A stretch of 64,000 nt of DNA from Eledone cirrhosa (GCA_964016885.1 OZ024750.1:33480001-33544000); one strand, 5' to 3'; positions 26,226 to 41,095 are shown, counted from the first letter of the stretch. The notes: a model not told the origin generated them from the sequence alone. Translations and numbers: made by a program.

Positions 26226-26924
26226 TATTGTTATTATTATTACTGGGCTTTCTCCACAAATGTCCCTCCGAAGTCTCCCCCCTATTGGGGAATTTTTCAT
26301 TGTTATTTTTTTTGTTACATCCTCTGTTTTTGTTCTTTACACGCAGAAATGCCCATTTGTACCGTCCTGTATTGTCTTGCACTGTCCTTAATGTTTACTT
26401 TATGTAAACCCTTGTGGTTAATAAAGAAATCATTGTTGTTATTATTATTATTATTATTATATTATTACTATTATAACTCACGTCTGTTGGTATTATTGTT
26501 CAGTCAGAATTTAATGTGATGTAGCATTTATTGATTTATCATTTCCAACCATTTTTGTAAAGATGGTAAGAATCAGTATTCCTCTCAGGCTCGTTATTCC
26601 TTAATACATATCTAAATATTAATTCTTTTTCCTGAATACGTATCACACTACATATCTGTTTCATAAGAATTATGCATACAGCTATGTATTCATAAAGAAA
26701 AATGTGAGTAATCAAACGAGCATATGTTATTTTTCATTCCAAGAGAAAATAGGAAATTTTGACGCCGCCATTACATTGCCAATGAGTATTAGTAAATAAA
26801 AAAAAACAGTTACAACGTTATACTCAGAAACAATGTATTTATTGGGAAGCCGATAGACAATAAATATAATTTGGTAATCATGCAAAACTATTTCTGCATT
26901 AGCCATTCCATTAAGGTTTTTAAA

Positions 26925-27222
26925 TGAAAGCCTTCTCCGAATTGAAAGATCACAGCTCCGATACTGTGAGCATGTGGTTAGAATTTCTCAGAAAAGAATC
27001 GCAGGACATATCAGATTTTACGGGTAAAACCAACCGGCAAGAGATCCATGGGTAGACCCCGAGCAACATGGTTGGATAACATCCATGAGCTTGGCTGGTC
27101 TCGCTTGAGGATCTAGGCGGATCAGCTGGAGACGGTTGCTTCTGACAGGACCCACCGGGGGGATTGTTTTATGACTCTGCTCCCACGACCCTCTCAGGAA
27201 TAAGTGGGCGAAGAAGAAGAAG
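26925..27222 (+). mobile_element. 3' end of an RTE-type LINE
   Basis: QLRY..HVVR / GRP.ATWLDNI-like remnants; (GAA)n tail; aagccttc on both flanks. Confidence 0.65.
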
Positions 27223-27648
27223 CCTTCGAGGTGTACACTTCCAGAGAACTGGGAGCATATAAACGGTTAAGATTGATTTCTAATGTGCGCAAAGTGCCAT
27301 TGATTTCTAATTTGGGGGAAGGACAAAGTTGATCAAATCAACCCCAGTACAAAACTGGTAATTTGTTTTATCGACTTGGCAGGTATGAAAGTCAACATTG
27401 ATCTCATCAGTGTTTGAACTCAGAATGGAAAGTACCAGAACGCATACAGCTGAATAGACGTAGTGGAGATCAGGAACGGAATGTGTTCATACTCCGATTC
27501 CGTCTGCTAAGCAAATCAATCCCAGGTACGAAGCTAATTGTGATAGATTAAGGCTCCAAGCTTAACATGTGTTACGCAAGATTGAAATAAGATATGCTAT
27601 ACTGTAACTTCCATCGCCTTCATATATATATATGAAGGCGATGGAAGT

Positions 27649-27679
<31 letters not shown>

Positions 27680-27832
27680 TTAAGGATACTATTTATGGTT
27701 ATGTGTATACTAAAACCTTATAGTTATATATATTTTAAACCCTAAATAGTGAAAGATAGTAATTTATTACTACCTTATTACCAGTAAGATAAATAGCTCA
27801 ATGTAACAACATCAGTTGTTCTACAGAGCAGT

Positions 27833-28552
27833 TATATAGAAATTACATGAATCAAAGTTCTGTTCTAACCATTTATTAGCTTATTGGATTAAAGAACAAC
27901 AAGCTGTAATAATCTAACCTAATTCATCAAGCATCCAATATTGAATCATCGTTGATTATGTGTAGGACATATAATCTATATATTACGTTTCCTGGATTGT
28001 GAAAATGGTGGTGTATACGAAAACCATAACATTATTTTACTTCTCATTTTTAATATTTCTCTACACACAAGCTTCTATATCATACATAAAAAATACTTTA
28101 CCAATACAACCCCCATAATACTCTTGATTGCCCGCTTAAAGTGCTTGTATTCCATATAACACCTTGCCGCACTATAATCTTATATAAATAAGACACACGT
28201 GCATGCCCCACGTGTAACTATTGCATACACTAACTACTTCAAACTATCCTCTTGCATTATCTTCGTAAACTGCCAATGTTGTATTTTAACTTTATTTTTG
28301 TTGTAATTTTCTTTTAATATGACTTTAATCTTTGAATGTAAATTGCCATGCTAAAATATTATAATGGATGTCATCCCACTGTGCATCGATATATACATGT
28401 GTTTCTGTATGTCTCTTGTGTTGGAAAGGAGTTCATGTATGTAAACAATCATTGAAAAATTGCTCCGAATACTCCAAACCTCGGTTTGGAAGAAACAATT
28501 GTAAGCTAATAAATGGTTAGAATAGAACTTTGATTCATGTAATTTCTATATA
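27833..28552 (+). mobile_element. Element with ~50-bp inverted termini and a hammerhead-like fold at 28462-28506
   Basis: 27833-27883 is the reverse complement of 28502-28552; GCU-CCGAAUA-c-UCCAAACC uc GGUUUGGA-a-GAAA-CAAUUG-UA^-AGC. Confidence 0.75.
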
Positions 28553-28595
28553 TATATATATATATATATAATACATAAACGGAATATATAATACA

Positions 28596-29582
28596 CTAGC
28601 AGTAAAGCCCGGCGTTGCTCGGGGTCGCTCAGTAGCTGTGTTAAAGTTACAATGTTAAGTTTCTTTCTTGGCTTAAAAACTGTAGTGTCTACTGTGCAGA
28701 CTTGCATGTGGTGTTTTTGATTAATATTCCCTCAACCAACAATATGCCTTATGAAGTTAAGAAAACATAACGATAACCCGAATGTTATAACAAAAGAGGA
28801 TGCTGAGGATAGAAACTGCACTGGTTATTTATTAACAAAGATCGAAAATGTAAACACTGCAACGCAGAGAAAAACATTAGCGTAACCAAATTATCAGTTA
28901 TGTCTGTCTGCACGCCTATATCACCTCTCTGCACGACTGTCTGTCTGCACGCCTATATCACCTCTCTGCACGACTGTCTGTCTGCACGCCTATATCACCT
29001 CTCTGCACGACTGTCTGTCTGCACGCCTATATCACCTCTCTGCACGACTGTCTGTCTGCACGCCTATATCACCTCTCTGCACGACCGTCTGTCTGCACGC
29101 GTATATCACCTCTCTGCACGACTGTCTGTCTGCACGACTGTCTGTCTGCACGCCTAACGACGAAATATTTGCTTGTTTTACGTAGTCTTTAAATAGACTT
29201 GTTTTCAAGTAAAAATATTGTTTTAAAATGCTTTTAAATGGAAATGAACCAAAACGGAAGCTTAGTGTTCGAACTGATGAATTTTGCAGGTCAATATTTT
29301 GCTGGCTCGACAACTGTTCGTGTATTGTAATTTTTTACGTAAGACGCTCAATGTAAACAGAACAAAGGGAAATAACTGATAACTTACGCTCAAAAATCGA
29401 TACATTATATTCGATTTCGTCATATAGGGTGGGTCAATTTGAAATTTTTTTTTTCCGATGTCTTCGCTAGGGCTCAATGTACAAGTATAGCAATTTCGGT
29501 GCAATTCCGTGAGAGATTCTAAGAGGAGATGTGTGCCAAAAATCGATAGACAGACAGACAACCACAGTTTTATATATATAGA
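28596..29582 (-). mobile_element. Non-autonomous Helitron
   Basis: Minus strand 5'-TC(TATATATA)..(GTCT)n; 3' hairpin cccgagcaacgccggg then CTAG; inserted between A and T. Confidence 0.8.
28900..29155. repeat. 37-bp minisatellite inside the Helitron
   Basis: ctgtctgtctgcacgcctatatcacctctctgcacga, about 6 copies plus partials. Confidence 0.95.
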
Positions 29583-29635
29583 TAATTATAATACATAAAC
29601 GGAAAATCAGTGTTGCGACGAATTAAAATTTATTA

Positions 29636-29730
29636 GACATATTACAATCGTTTCTCTGACGACCAGCTCGAAGCACGATCGATGCAATGATCGAACCTGA
29701 CTCTGAAATCGCAATATCCTCAAATACGTC
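29636..29730 (-). ncRNA. Hammerhead-like fold with long helix II domain and C3U core change (element ~29587-29860)
   Basis: Minus strand: GACGUAU-UUGAGGA-[62 nt]-GAAA-CGAUUG-UA^-AUAUGUC. Confidence 0.6.
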
Positions 29731-29859
29731 TTGATTCTTCGAAGCAGAGTTTCCAAATATTAGTAGGAGTAGAGGATTTACCGCGAGCCGGAACCCCCGA
29801 GCTCGGAGTATATCCTCTACTTCCAGTAAGACATCCATTCTGCATCCGGGAGAGATGGC

Positions 29860-30212
<353 letters not shown>

Positions 30213-30530
30213 TTATATAAGCTGAACGTCTCAAATAAAATACATAGAAATATATTACAAAAAGAAGCAATACAGAGAGAATCATGTGTGAGAAGCTTTC
30301 GTGTGTGAGAATACATTGCTGTCTTGAAGTCTGAGATCTACGTACTTCTTCAGTGTTGTTTGTACCACTACATTGAATAGACGTTTACAATCAATAAATA
30401 GATACATCATTATTTGCTATTCTTCTCTTATTAGCTTCATCAATTTCCTTCATTATATGTTACGAAGCTTGATATCAGCATATCACCGCACGTTAATATC
30501 CTATACTTAGATATCGTCTCTAATGTTTGC

Positions 30531-33500
30531 GTGTTAGTAAAGTGTGCACTCCAGTGTTAGTAAAGTGTACACTCCAGTGTTAGTAAAGTGTGCACTCCAG
30601 TGTTAGTAAAGTGTACACTCCAGTGTTAGTAAAGTGTGCACTCCAGTGTTAGTAAAGTGTACACTCCAGTGTTAGTAAAGTGTGCACTCCAGTGTTAGTA
30701 AAGTGTACACTCCAGTGTTAGTAAAGTGTGCACTCCAGTGTTAGTAAAGTGTGCACTCCAGTGTTAGTAAAGTGTGCGCTCGCTCCAGTGTTAGTAAAGT
30801 GTGCACTCCAGTGTTAGTAAAGTGTGCACTCCAGTGTTAGTAAAGTGTGCGCTCCAGTGTTAGTAAAGTGTGCACTCCAGTGTTAGTAAAGTGTGCACAC
30901 CAGTGTTAGTAAAGTGTACACTCCAGTGTTAGTAAAGTGTGCACTCCAGTGTTAGTAAAGTGTGCACTCCAGTGTTAGTAAAGTGTACACTCCAGTGTTA
31001 GTAAAGTGTGCACTCCAGTGTTAGTAAAGTGTACACTCCAGTGTTAGTAAAGTGTGCACTCCAATGTTAGGAAAGTGTACACTCCAATGTTAGTAAAGTG
31101 TACACTCCAATGTTAGTAAAGTGTGCACTCCAGTGTTAGTAAAGTGTGCACTCCAGTGTTAGTAAAGTGTGCACTCCAGTGTTAGTAAAGTGTGCACTCC
31201 AATGTTAGTAAAGTGTGCACTCCAGTGTTAGTAAAGTGTGCACTCCAGTGTTAGTAAAGTGTGCACTCCAGTGTTAGTAAAGTGTGCACTCCAATGTTAG
31301 TAAAGTGTGCACTCCAGTGTTAGTAAAGTGTGCACTCCAGTGTTAGTAAAGTGTGCACTCCAGTGTTAGTAAAGTGTGCACTCCAATGTTAGTAAAGTGT
31401 GCACTCCAGTGTTAGTAAAGTGTGCACTCCAATGTTAGTAAAGTGTGCACTCCAGTGTTAGTAAAGTGTACACTCCAATGTTAGTAAAGTGTGCACTCCA
31501 GTGTTAGTAAAGTGTGCACTCCAATGTTAGTAAAGTGTGCACTCCAGTGTTAGTAAAGTGTGCACTCCAATGTTAGTAAAGTGTGCACTCCAATGTTAGT
31601 AAAGTGTGCACTCCAGTGTTAGTAAAGTGTGCACTCCAATGTTAGTAAAGTGTGCACTCCAGTGTTAGTAAAGTGTGCACTCCAGTGTTAGTAAAGTGTG
31701 CATTCCAGTGTTAGTAAAGTGTGCACTCCAGTGTTAGTAAAGTGTGCACTCCAATGTTAGTAAAGTGTGCACTCCAGTGTTAGTAAAGTGTGCACTCCAA
31801 TGTTAGTAAAGTGTGCACTCCAGTGTTAGTAAAGTGTACACTCCAATGTTAGTAAAGTGTGCACTCCAGTGTTAGTAAAGTGTGCACTCCAGTGTTAGTA
31901 AAGTGTACACTCCAATGTTAGTAAAGTGTACACTCCAGTGTTAGTAAAGTGTGCACTCCAGTGTTAGTAAAGTGTGCACTCCACTGTTAGTAAAGTGTGC
32001 ACTCCAGTGTTAGTAAAGTGTGCACTCCAGTGTTAGTAAAGTGTACACTCCAATGTTAGTAAAGTGTGCACTCCAGTGTTAGTAAAGTGTACACTCCAAT
32101 GTTAGTAAAGTGTGCACTCCAGTGTTAGTAAAGTGTGCACTCCAGTGTTAGTAAAGTGTACACTCCAATGTTAGTAAAGTGTACACTCCAGTGTTAGTAA
32201 AGTGTGCACTCCAGTGTTAGTAAAGTGTGCACTCCAGTGTTAGTAAAGTGTGCACTCCAATGTTAGTAAAGTGTACACTCCAGTGTTAGTAAAGTGTACA
32301 CTCCAGTGTTAGTAAAGTGTGCACTCCAGTGTTAGTAAAGTGTGCACTCCAGTGTTAGTAAAGTGTGCACTCCAATGTTAGTAAAGTGTACACTCCAGTG
32401 TTAGTAAAGTGTACACTCCAGTGTTAGTAAAGTGTGCACTCCAGTGTTAGTAAAGTGTGCACTCCAGTGTTAGTAAAGTGTGCACTCCAATGTTAGTAAA
32501 GTGTACACTCCAGTGTTAGTAAAGTGTACACTCCAGTGTTAGTAAAGTGTGCACTCCAGTGTTAGTAACGTGTGCACTCCAGTGTTAGTAAAGTGTGCAC
32601 TCCAGTGTTAGTAAAGTGTGCACTCCAGTGTTAGTAAAGTGTGCACTCCAATGTTAGTAAAGTGTGCACTCCAATGTTAGTAAAGTGTGCACTCCAGTGT
32701 TAGTAAAGTGTTCACTCCAATGTTAGTAAAGTGTGCACTCCAATGTTAGTAAAGTGTGCACTCCAGTGTTAGTAAAGTGTGCACTCCAGTGTTAGTAAAG
32801 TGTGCACTCCAGTGTTAGTAAAGTGTGCACTCCAGTGTTAGTAAAGTGTGCACTCCAGTGTTAGTAAAGTGTGCACTCCAATGTTAGTAAAGTGTGCACT
32901 CCAATGTTAGTAAAGTGTGCACTCCAGTGCTAGTAAAGTGTGCACTCCAGTGTTAGTAAAGTGTGCACTCCAATGTTAGTAAAGTGTGCACTCCAATGTT
33001 AGTAAAGTGTGCACTCCAATGTTAGTAAAGTGTGCACTCCAATGTTAGTAAAGTGTGCACTCCAGTGTTAGTAAAGTGTGCACTCCAGTGTTAGTAAAGT
33101 GTGCACTCCAGTGTTAGTAAAGTGTGCACTCCAATGTTAGTAAAGTGTGCACTCCAATGTTAGTAAAGTGTGCACTCCAGTGTTAGTAAAGTGTGCACTC
33201 CAATGTTAGTAAAGTGTACACTCCAGTGTTAGTAAAGTGTACACTCCAGTGTTAGTAAAGTGTACACTCCAGTGTTAGTAAAGTGTACACTCCAGTGTTA
33301 GTAAAGTGTGCACTCCAATGTTAGTAAAGTGTGCACTCCAGTGTTAGTAAAGTGTGCACTCCAGTGTTAGTAAAGTGTGCACTCCAATGTTAGTAATGTG
33401 TGCACTCCAGTGTTAGTAAAGTGTGCACTCCAGTGTTAGTAAAGTGTGCACTCCAATGTTAGTAAAGTGTGCACTCCAATGTTAGTAAAGTGTGCACTCC

Positions 33501-35587
33501 AGTGTTAGTAACGTGTGCACTCCAGTGTTAGTAAAGTGTGCACTCCAGTGTTAGTAAAGTGTGCACTCCAGTGTTAGTAAAGTGTGCACTCCAATGTTAG
33601 TAAAGTGTGCACTCCAGTGTTAGTAAAGTGTGCACTCTAGTGTTAGTAAAGTGTGCACTCCAATGTTAGTAAAGTGTGCACTCCAATGTTAGTAAAGTGT
33701 GCACTCCAATGTTAGTAAAGTGTGCACTCCAATGTTAGTAAAGTGTGCACTCCAGTGTTAGTAAAGTGTGCACTCCAGTGTTAGTAAAGTGTGCACTCCA
33801 GTGTTAGTAAAGTGTGCACTCCAATGTTAGTAAAGTGTGCACTCCAATGTTAGTAAAGTGTGCACTCCAATGTTAGTAAAGTGTGCACTCCAATGTTAGT
33901 AAAGTGTGCACTCCAGTGTTAGTAAAGTGTGCACTCCAGTGTTAGTAAAGTGTGCACTCCAGTGTTAGTAAAGTGTACACTCCAATGTTAGTAAAGTGTG
34001 CACTCCAATGTTAGTAAAGTGTGCACTCCAATGTTAGTAAAGTGTGCACTCCAATGTTAGTAAAGTGTGCACTCCAATGTTAGTAAAGTGTGCACTCCAA
34101 TGTTAGTAAAGTGTGCACTCCAATGTTAGTAAAGTGTGCACTCCAATGTTAGTAAAGTGTGCACTCCAATGTTAGTAAAGTGTGCACTCCAATGTTAGTA
34201 AAGTGTGCACTCCAATGTTAGTAAAGTGTGCACTCCAATGTTAGTAAAGTGTGCACTCCAATGTTAGTAAAGTGTACACTCCAATGTTAGTAAAGTGTGC
34301 ACTCCAGTGTTAGTAAAGTGTGCACTCCAATGTTAGTAAAGTGTGCACTCCAATGTTAGTAAAGTGTGCACTCCAATGTTAGTAAAGTGTGCACTCCAGT
34401 GTTAGTAAAGTGTACACTCCAGTGTTAGTAAAGTGTACACTCCAATGTTAGTAAAGCGTGCACTCCAGTGTTAGTAAAGTGTACACTCCAGTGTTAGTAA
34501 AGTCTACACTCCAATGTTAGTAAAGTGTTCACTCCAGTGTTAGTAAAGTCTACACTCCAATGTTAGTAAAGTGTACACTCCAGTGTTAGTAAAGTCTACA
34601 CTCCAATGTTAGTAAAGTGTTCACTCCAGTGTTAGTAAAGTGTGCACTCCAGTGTTAGTAAAGTGTACACTCCAATGTTAGTAAAGTGTACACTCCAGTG
34701 TTAGTAAAGTGTACACTCCAATGTTAGTAAAGTGTACACTCCAGTGTTAGTAAAGTGTACACTCCAGTGTTAGTAAAGTCTACACTCCAATGTTAGTAAA
34801 GTGTGCACTCCAGTGTTAGTAAAGTCTACACTCCAATGTTAGTAAAGTGTGCACTCCAGTGTTAGTAAAGTCTACACTCCAATGTTAGTAAAGTGTACAC
34901 TCCAGTGTTAGTAAAGTGTACACTCCAGTGTTAGTAAAGTGTACACTCCAATGTTAGTAAAGTCTACACTCCAGTGTTAGTAAAGTGTGCACTCCAATGT
35001 TAGTAAAGTGTTCACTCCAGTGTTAGTAAAGTGTGCACTCCAGTGTTAGTAAAGTGTGCACTCCAATGTTAGTAAAGCGTGCACTCCAGTGTTAGTAAAG
35101 TGTACACTCCAGTGTTAGTAAAGTGTACACTCCAATGTTAGTAAAGCGTGCACTCCAGTGTTAGTAAAGTGTACACTCCAGTGTTAGTAAAGTCTACACT
35201 CCAATGTTAGTAAAGTGTTCACTCCAGTGTTAGTAAAGTCTACACTCCAATGTTAGTAAAGTGTACACTCCAGTGTTAGTAAAGTCTACACTCCAATGTT
35301 AGTAAAGTGTTCACTCCAGTGTTAGTAAAGTGTGCACTCCAGTGTTAGTAAAGTGTGCACTCCAATGTTAGTAAAGCGTGCACTCCAGTGTTAGTAAAGT
35401 GTACACTCCAGTGTTAGTAAAGTGTACACTCCAATGTTAGTAAAGCGTGCACTCCAGTGTTAGTAAAGTGTACACTCCAGTGTTAGTAAAGTCTACACTC
35501 CAATGTTAGTAAAGTGTACACTCCAATGTTAGTAAAGTGTACACTCCAATGTTAGTAAAGTGTGCACTCCAGTGTTAGTAAAGTGTA
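30531..35587. repeat. 23-bp satellite array, ~220 units (gtgttagtaaagtgtRcactccR)
   Basis: Head-to-tail units with no spacers; two common biallelic positions. Confidence 0.98.
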
Positions 35588-35602
35588 TTTATATATATAT
35601 AT

Positions 35603-35656
<54 letters not shown>

Positions 35657-35661
<5 letters not shown>

Positions 35662-35850
35662 ATTGTTTCTACTTTTTGGCACAAGACCAGCAATTATCCC
35701 AGTACATTACTGGTACTTTATTTTATCGACCCCGTAAGGATGAAAGGCAAAGTCAACCTCGGCGGGATTTGAACTCAGATCGTAAAGGGACGTAACTATG
35801 CTGGAAAGCATAATCCAACCCTCCACCGATACTGCCAATTCACGACCGTC
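35657..35850 (-). mobile_element. Main-family SINE
   Basis: Reverse complement of the full consensus. Confidence 0.85.
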
Positions 35851-35885
35851 AATCATCATCATCATTTAACGTCTATCGCCCTGCT

Positions 35886-36253
<368 letters not shown>

Positions 36254-36283
36254 TATATATATATATATATATATATATATCAG

Positions 36284-36336
36284 GGCTTTCCTGATGATTT
36301 TCCTTCGAATGAAACAGTTCTAGTCCTGTAGAAGCC
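36284..36336 (+). ncRNA. Type I hammerhead ribozyme, family G (element 36281-36415)
   Basis: GGCUUUC-CUGAUGA-UUUC cuuc GAAU-GAAA-CAG uucuaguc CUG-UA^-GAAGCC. Confidence 0.85.
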
Positions 36337-37664
36337 ATTTTTATATTAAATATTTATACTGTGCTATGTATTAAGTACCTTACTTACTGTGGTTACCCCC
36401 CGATTGAACCCGGGATGCACACACACACACACACACACGCTCACACATATATATATATATATAAGAAGCTAAGTTTGCTCATATCAGTATGTATATTGAT
36501 GTTGAACAGACAAAAAGTTGATTTTCTAATCTCCAAACCAGTCCTAAAGTCAATGGCGACTGAATTGAAATGGCATTCAAAGAGAAATCAGGAAGATAAT
36601 GGGTCTTCCATGTTTTTTGGCGATTATTATTATTCAACGGTTCGATCAACTAATTTATCATCGAGTCACAAATTAACGTGTTAGTTTACTCAGACAGAAT
36701 AAGAGTGACCCATAATAAGTAACACAAGCTGACGACCATTTGGATTATAAATACAAACCATCCGACGTGTTTCCGTATAGTTTCTGTCCATCCATTTTCC
36801 CTCAACGCGGTTTGGATCGATCTAAACCTATTGTAAAGAAACTTGTCCAAGGTTCCACTCAGAGTGATCGAACTTGGGTCTTTATAAACGCAATGCGATC
36901 TTTTTTTTCCACTAAGACATGCAGTGTCAACCTACACCACCACCATAAAATAAATGTTATAACTGATGTGTTTAACCGGTGAGTATCTCCTTTATCGCCC
37001 TCAACACATGAAGCTGATTGTTGAGAAAAAAAATTTTTTCGTAGACATATTTTCTATAGATTTGCTATAGATTTGTTTTTTTTTCCTTTTACCTTTGAAA
37101 TTAAGAATTGCTTCGATTAAATAAATATTCTTGAAAAAAAAATAAACTGAGGTAATTTTTTTTTTTTTAATAGCAAATACAAATCTAGTTTCTATGTGGT
37201 GACTCGATCTGCTAAAATTAGCAGCCAAAACTGCTTCATATCTTAATCCATAACGTTATATAACGTTAAAAAGCGAAGGACATATTTGATAATGTAGTTC
37301 TAAAGATTCTAAATATATTATATCTGATAAATAAGAATGGATACTCACGGCGGGGACGCTTTGATGATAGGTTTGTTCGACTGGAGCAAACTAATAAGAA
37401 ACTTTCCCAGAAATCTATTTAAATATGTTTAAGTGTTATGGTAATAAAAGTGGTTATTTATTAAAAATTAAGATTATATGAAATGTTTGAAAAATGCGCA
37501 AAAGTTACTGGACGACTTTAACCTTTTAACTTTTTAATAACATTTACACCAAATATTTTGAAACGTTTTCGAATTAAGTGAATGTCTAGACATCACTTTG
37601 GTCTTCTCTTTTTCAATTTCTGACATTGCAGCTAACAAAAAAATCAATATAATAATATATTAGC

Positions 37665-38170
37665 TGAGAGACAGGTACTCTGGTAGCTGACCAGGTCAGT
37701 ATATAACATACAGCTCCCCTGGTAGCTGACCAGATCAGTATATAACACACAGCTCCCCTGGTATATGACCAGGTCAATATATGACAGACAAACCCGCTGG
37801 TAGCTGACCTGATCAATATATGAGAGACAGGTTTTCTGGTACTGACCTGATCAATATATGAGAGACAGGTATTGTGGTAGCTAAACAGGTCATTACAGAT
37901 CCCCTGGTAGATTACTAAGTCAATATATGACAGACAAGCCCGCTGACCAGATCAATACATCGCAGGCAGGTTCCCTAGTAACTGATTATATCAATACATT
38001 ACAGACAGGTCTGTTGGTAGCTGACCAGATCAATACATCGCAGGCTGGTCCCCTAGTAACTGATTATATCAATACATTACAGACAGGTATGTTGGTAGCA
38101 GACCAGATCAATACACGAGAGAGAGGTCTGTTTGTAGCTGACCAGATCAATAGATGACAGACAGGTCAAT
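37665..38170. repeat. ~40-bp minisatellite (acagg..ctggtagctgaccagatcaata..)
   Basis: About 12 diverged tandem units. Confidence 0.85.
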
Positions 38171-38249
38171 ACATGACAAGTCCGTTCGCAGCAGCTGTAA
38201 TGAGAATCCTATTCTGAATTCAGTCTTAATATGCCATGGTTCTTTCGCT

Positions 38250-39310
38250 ATCTTATTTTGTCCTCAAAGTCTTCACTGTGTCCCTTGTCAAGGTAAAAGA
38301 CAGACTGGTGAATGAAGTGTCCCCGGCTCCCCTAATTCGAGACCATTAGTGATGGTCAATGTGACAGAAATTAAGGATCTCTTCATAGTGGTTTTTTACC
38401 CTTTCTTCTGGGGTACTTTCACGGTAGACAGTAGAGAGTTCACCTTACAGCACAATCTTATGTGGGTGACCGCTTTAACAGCATCGTCTCCATGCTGGCT
38501 ATCTCTGTCTCAAGGTAGTTAACGAAGTCAAATGTTGAGGACAGTGGAAGTTGCACTTGTGAAAGCGCTGAAGGAGTTGTGGATGGCGACGTTAGATAAC
38601 CCACGACTCTGAGCCACTCTAAATAGTCAATAAACGGCTCTGTACAGACTGGTCCATAGGCCTTTCCTCAGATGCTTGCTATTTCAAACTCTTATCACAG
38701 TCTATCAAATGCACTGCTTGCACTAGCCAGTCTGTTGACCACCGTTTTGTCAAGATTGGGATCTGATCATCCATTCCAGATAGCTAAACTAATGGACTTT
38801 CGATGGCCCAGTCACACTAATGAGCAGAGAGGGTGATAATCGTCCTCCAAAGATAGTGGCTAGTGGAGAACCTGTCTTCCTCAAACTAGCTACCAGTTGA
38901 AATCTCTCAACAGACACTCTGAAGCAAGATGTTATACTCTGAATACATGACTGTATGTGGGCAGCACTACAACATCGTGTTTCAGGGTCTTGGTGTAAGA
39001 CTGTAATAATCTCAGACACGTTGGCATCGATGGAGTGTAGAATGTAAAGACCGTCTTTACATCGAGGGGACTTCTGTGGCCCTTATGTGGCCCTTAAAAT
39101 TATTATACTGAAAAATATGGGGAAGCGTGTAGGTGACAGTATGCAACCCTGTTCTTATAAGAAATTGCTTTCAGAATCCTTTATTGTATCTGAACTGGCC
39201 AAGCAACACATTGTCAAATAGAAATATATTGATTGGAATATCAACAAACTTGCAGAACTATCCGTATTTTATAATCTTACAAAATCCAATATGATAATAG
39301 TAAAGGTTTA
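38250..39310 (-). pseudogene. Decayed LINE (probably RTE-type) RT remnant
   Basis: Minus strand near 39129-39152 encodes QGCILSPT (RT motif); region is GC-richer than its flanks. Confidence 0.5.
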
Positions 39311-40464
39311 ATGCTTTTATTATTGTTGTTTTTGTGGTATTTTATTATTTTTTCGTTTTGTTTTTACAATTGAGACAATATAAATGAAAGACAAATATTT
39401 TCCTTGAAAGTTTCATATTTTGATTTACATTTTCAACACATTGTCGCCTGCGCATACTTTCAAGCTGACATGAAAGTATATTTATATTTTTATCGTATTG
39501 AATGAATACTAATTATGTTTGATATTTGTTTTATTGCAAAAATCATCAACATCTCCGAAGAAAATATAAGAATGTTGTTTTTATTTTAGTCATAATTTGT
39601 TGCTTGAAATATTCCTCACTGTATATTTACAATCCACTGACAATTTTATTACTGGTGCAATGCGAATATATTCACTGTTCAAACTAAGTAGTAATGCAAC
39701 CAATTCCAGCGTTTAAAATATATTGATTCCTGGCTTAAGTTATTCAATATAACAAACATGACAATTTCGGTGACAAGCAATATAACATACAGGAAGTATT
39801 TATGCTAAGAAATAACACATGATAATAGACTTTACTCGAAGGCTTGTCATTTAATAATACTGAGTTAAAGAAAAATATATTTATTCAATATTCGTATTTT
39901 AATATTTAAGATGTGAAGTAAATACTATTCAAAATCATGCGTGCTACACTATGTACAGAGACGTACTGTGTGGCGTGAACTGCTATGTCTATGGGTCAAC
40001 TGATTGTTGGCAAGTAGCCACAACCAAATCATCTTATTTACTGGAAGTATTTATTTTATTCTGAATATAATAAATATAATAAATAATATACAGAAGTTAA
40101 TATATTAACAGACGCCCACAATATATGTTAATATTTTCAAAATATTCCTAAAAATAGACGATGCCAAATTGCAATATATGTGTATTCAAATGTGATCAGA
40201 TCACCCACTTTTAGAGATGTGAAAGAAGAGACAAACTACAATATGTAGATCAATGTTTTAAAAAATATTCATAAATATTCATTACAATTTTCTATCGTTA
40301 TGCTTTTGGCAACGTCTAAAGAGAATTTTAACCAAAATCGGCTTTAGTACAGTTGTCAAATAGTTGTGCACAAACTAACTACTAATTTATAATCCGCTTC
40401 AAACTATTCCATAATGACTGTAGCGATTCCTTAACGACAAGGGAAAGAATTCAATAAAGTCGCT

Positions 40465-40495
<31 letters not shown>

Positions 40496-40896
40496 CGAGA
40501 TATGAAAGGAGGAAATACTGCAAATATATTCTATATCACGCCGAGTTGTCTTATTTTTCTATCTACGATGACTTGGATATAGTTAGTAGGCTGTGGTCAG
40601 CTCTCTAAGTACCTTTCACTCATTTTTTGCGATGTTAAAGTAGGAGACAATGCAAATATTTTCTATATCACGCCGAGTTGTCTTATTTTCTCTGTCTACG
40701 ATGGGTTGGATATAGTTAATAGGCTGTTGTCATCTCTGTAAGTACGTGACTTGGACTGTAATATAGAATCCTTGTAATAAACTACAGACAACCAAGAAGC
40801 TCTCACCGTTTAGGAATCAATTGTACATGTAAAATATCTAAAAGAACAGTAACCGTGATCTTTTTTTAATTATCAGTTTATTGCATTATTTAAATA

Positions 40897-41095
40897 AGGG
40901 CGGTGGATTTGGCAGTGTCGGTAGTGCGTCGGACATCATGCTTTGTAGTATAGGGTTATATCCCTTTACGTTCTGAATTCAAATCCTGCCTAAGTTTGCT
41001 TTGCGTTACATCCTTACAGGGTCGATAAAATAAAGTACCAGTAACGCACTGGGGTCGATTGTTGATCTTAATGCCTAAATCAGAAACAATTATTA
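40897..41095 (+). mobile_element. Main-family SINE
   Basis: Matches the consensus. Confidence 0.8.

Noticed and set aside
30531-35587. CRISPR array or telomeric repeat
   Set aside because: No unique spacers, no cas genes, eukaryotic context; the unit contains TTAG but not TTAGGG or TTAGG repeats.
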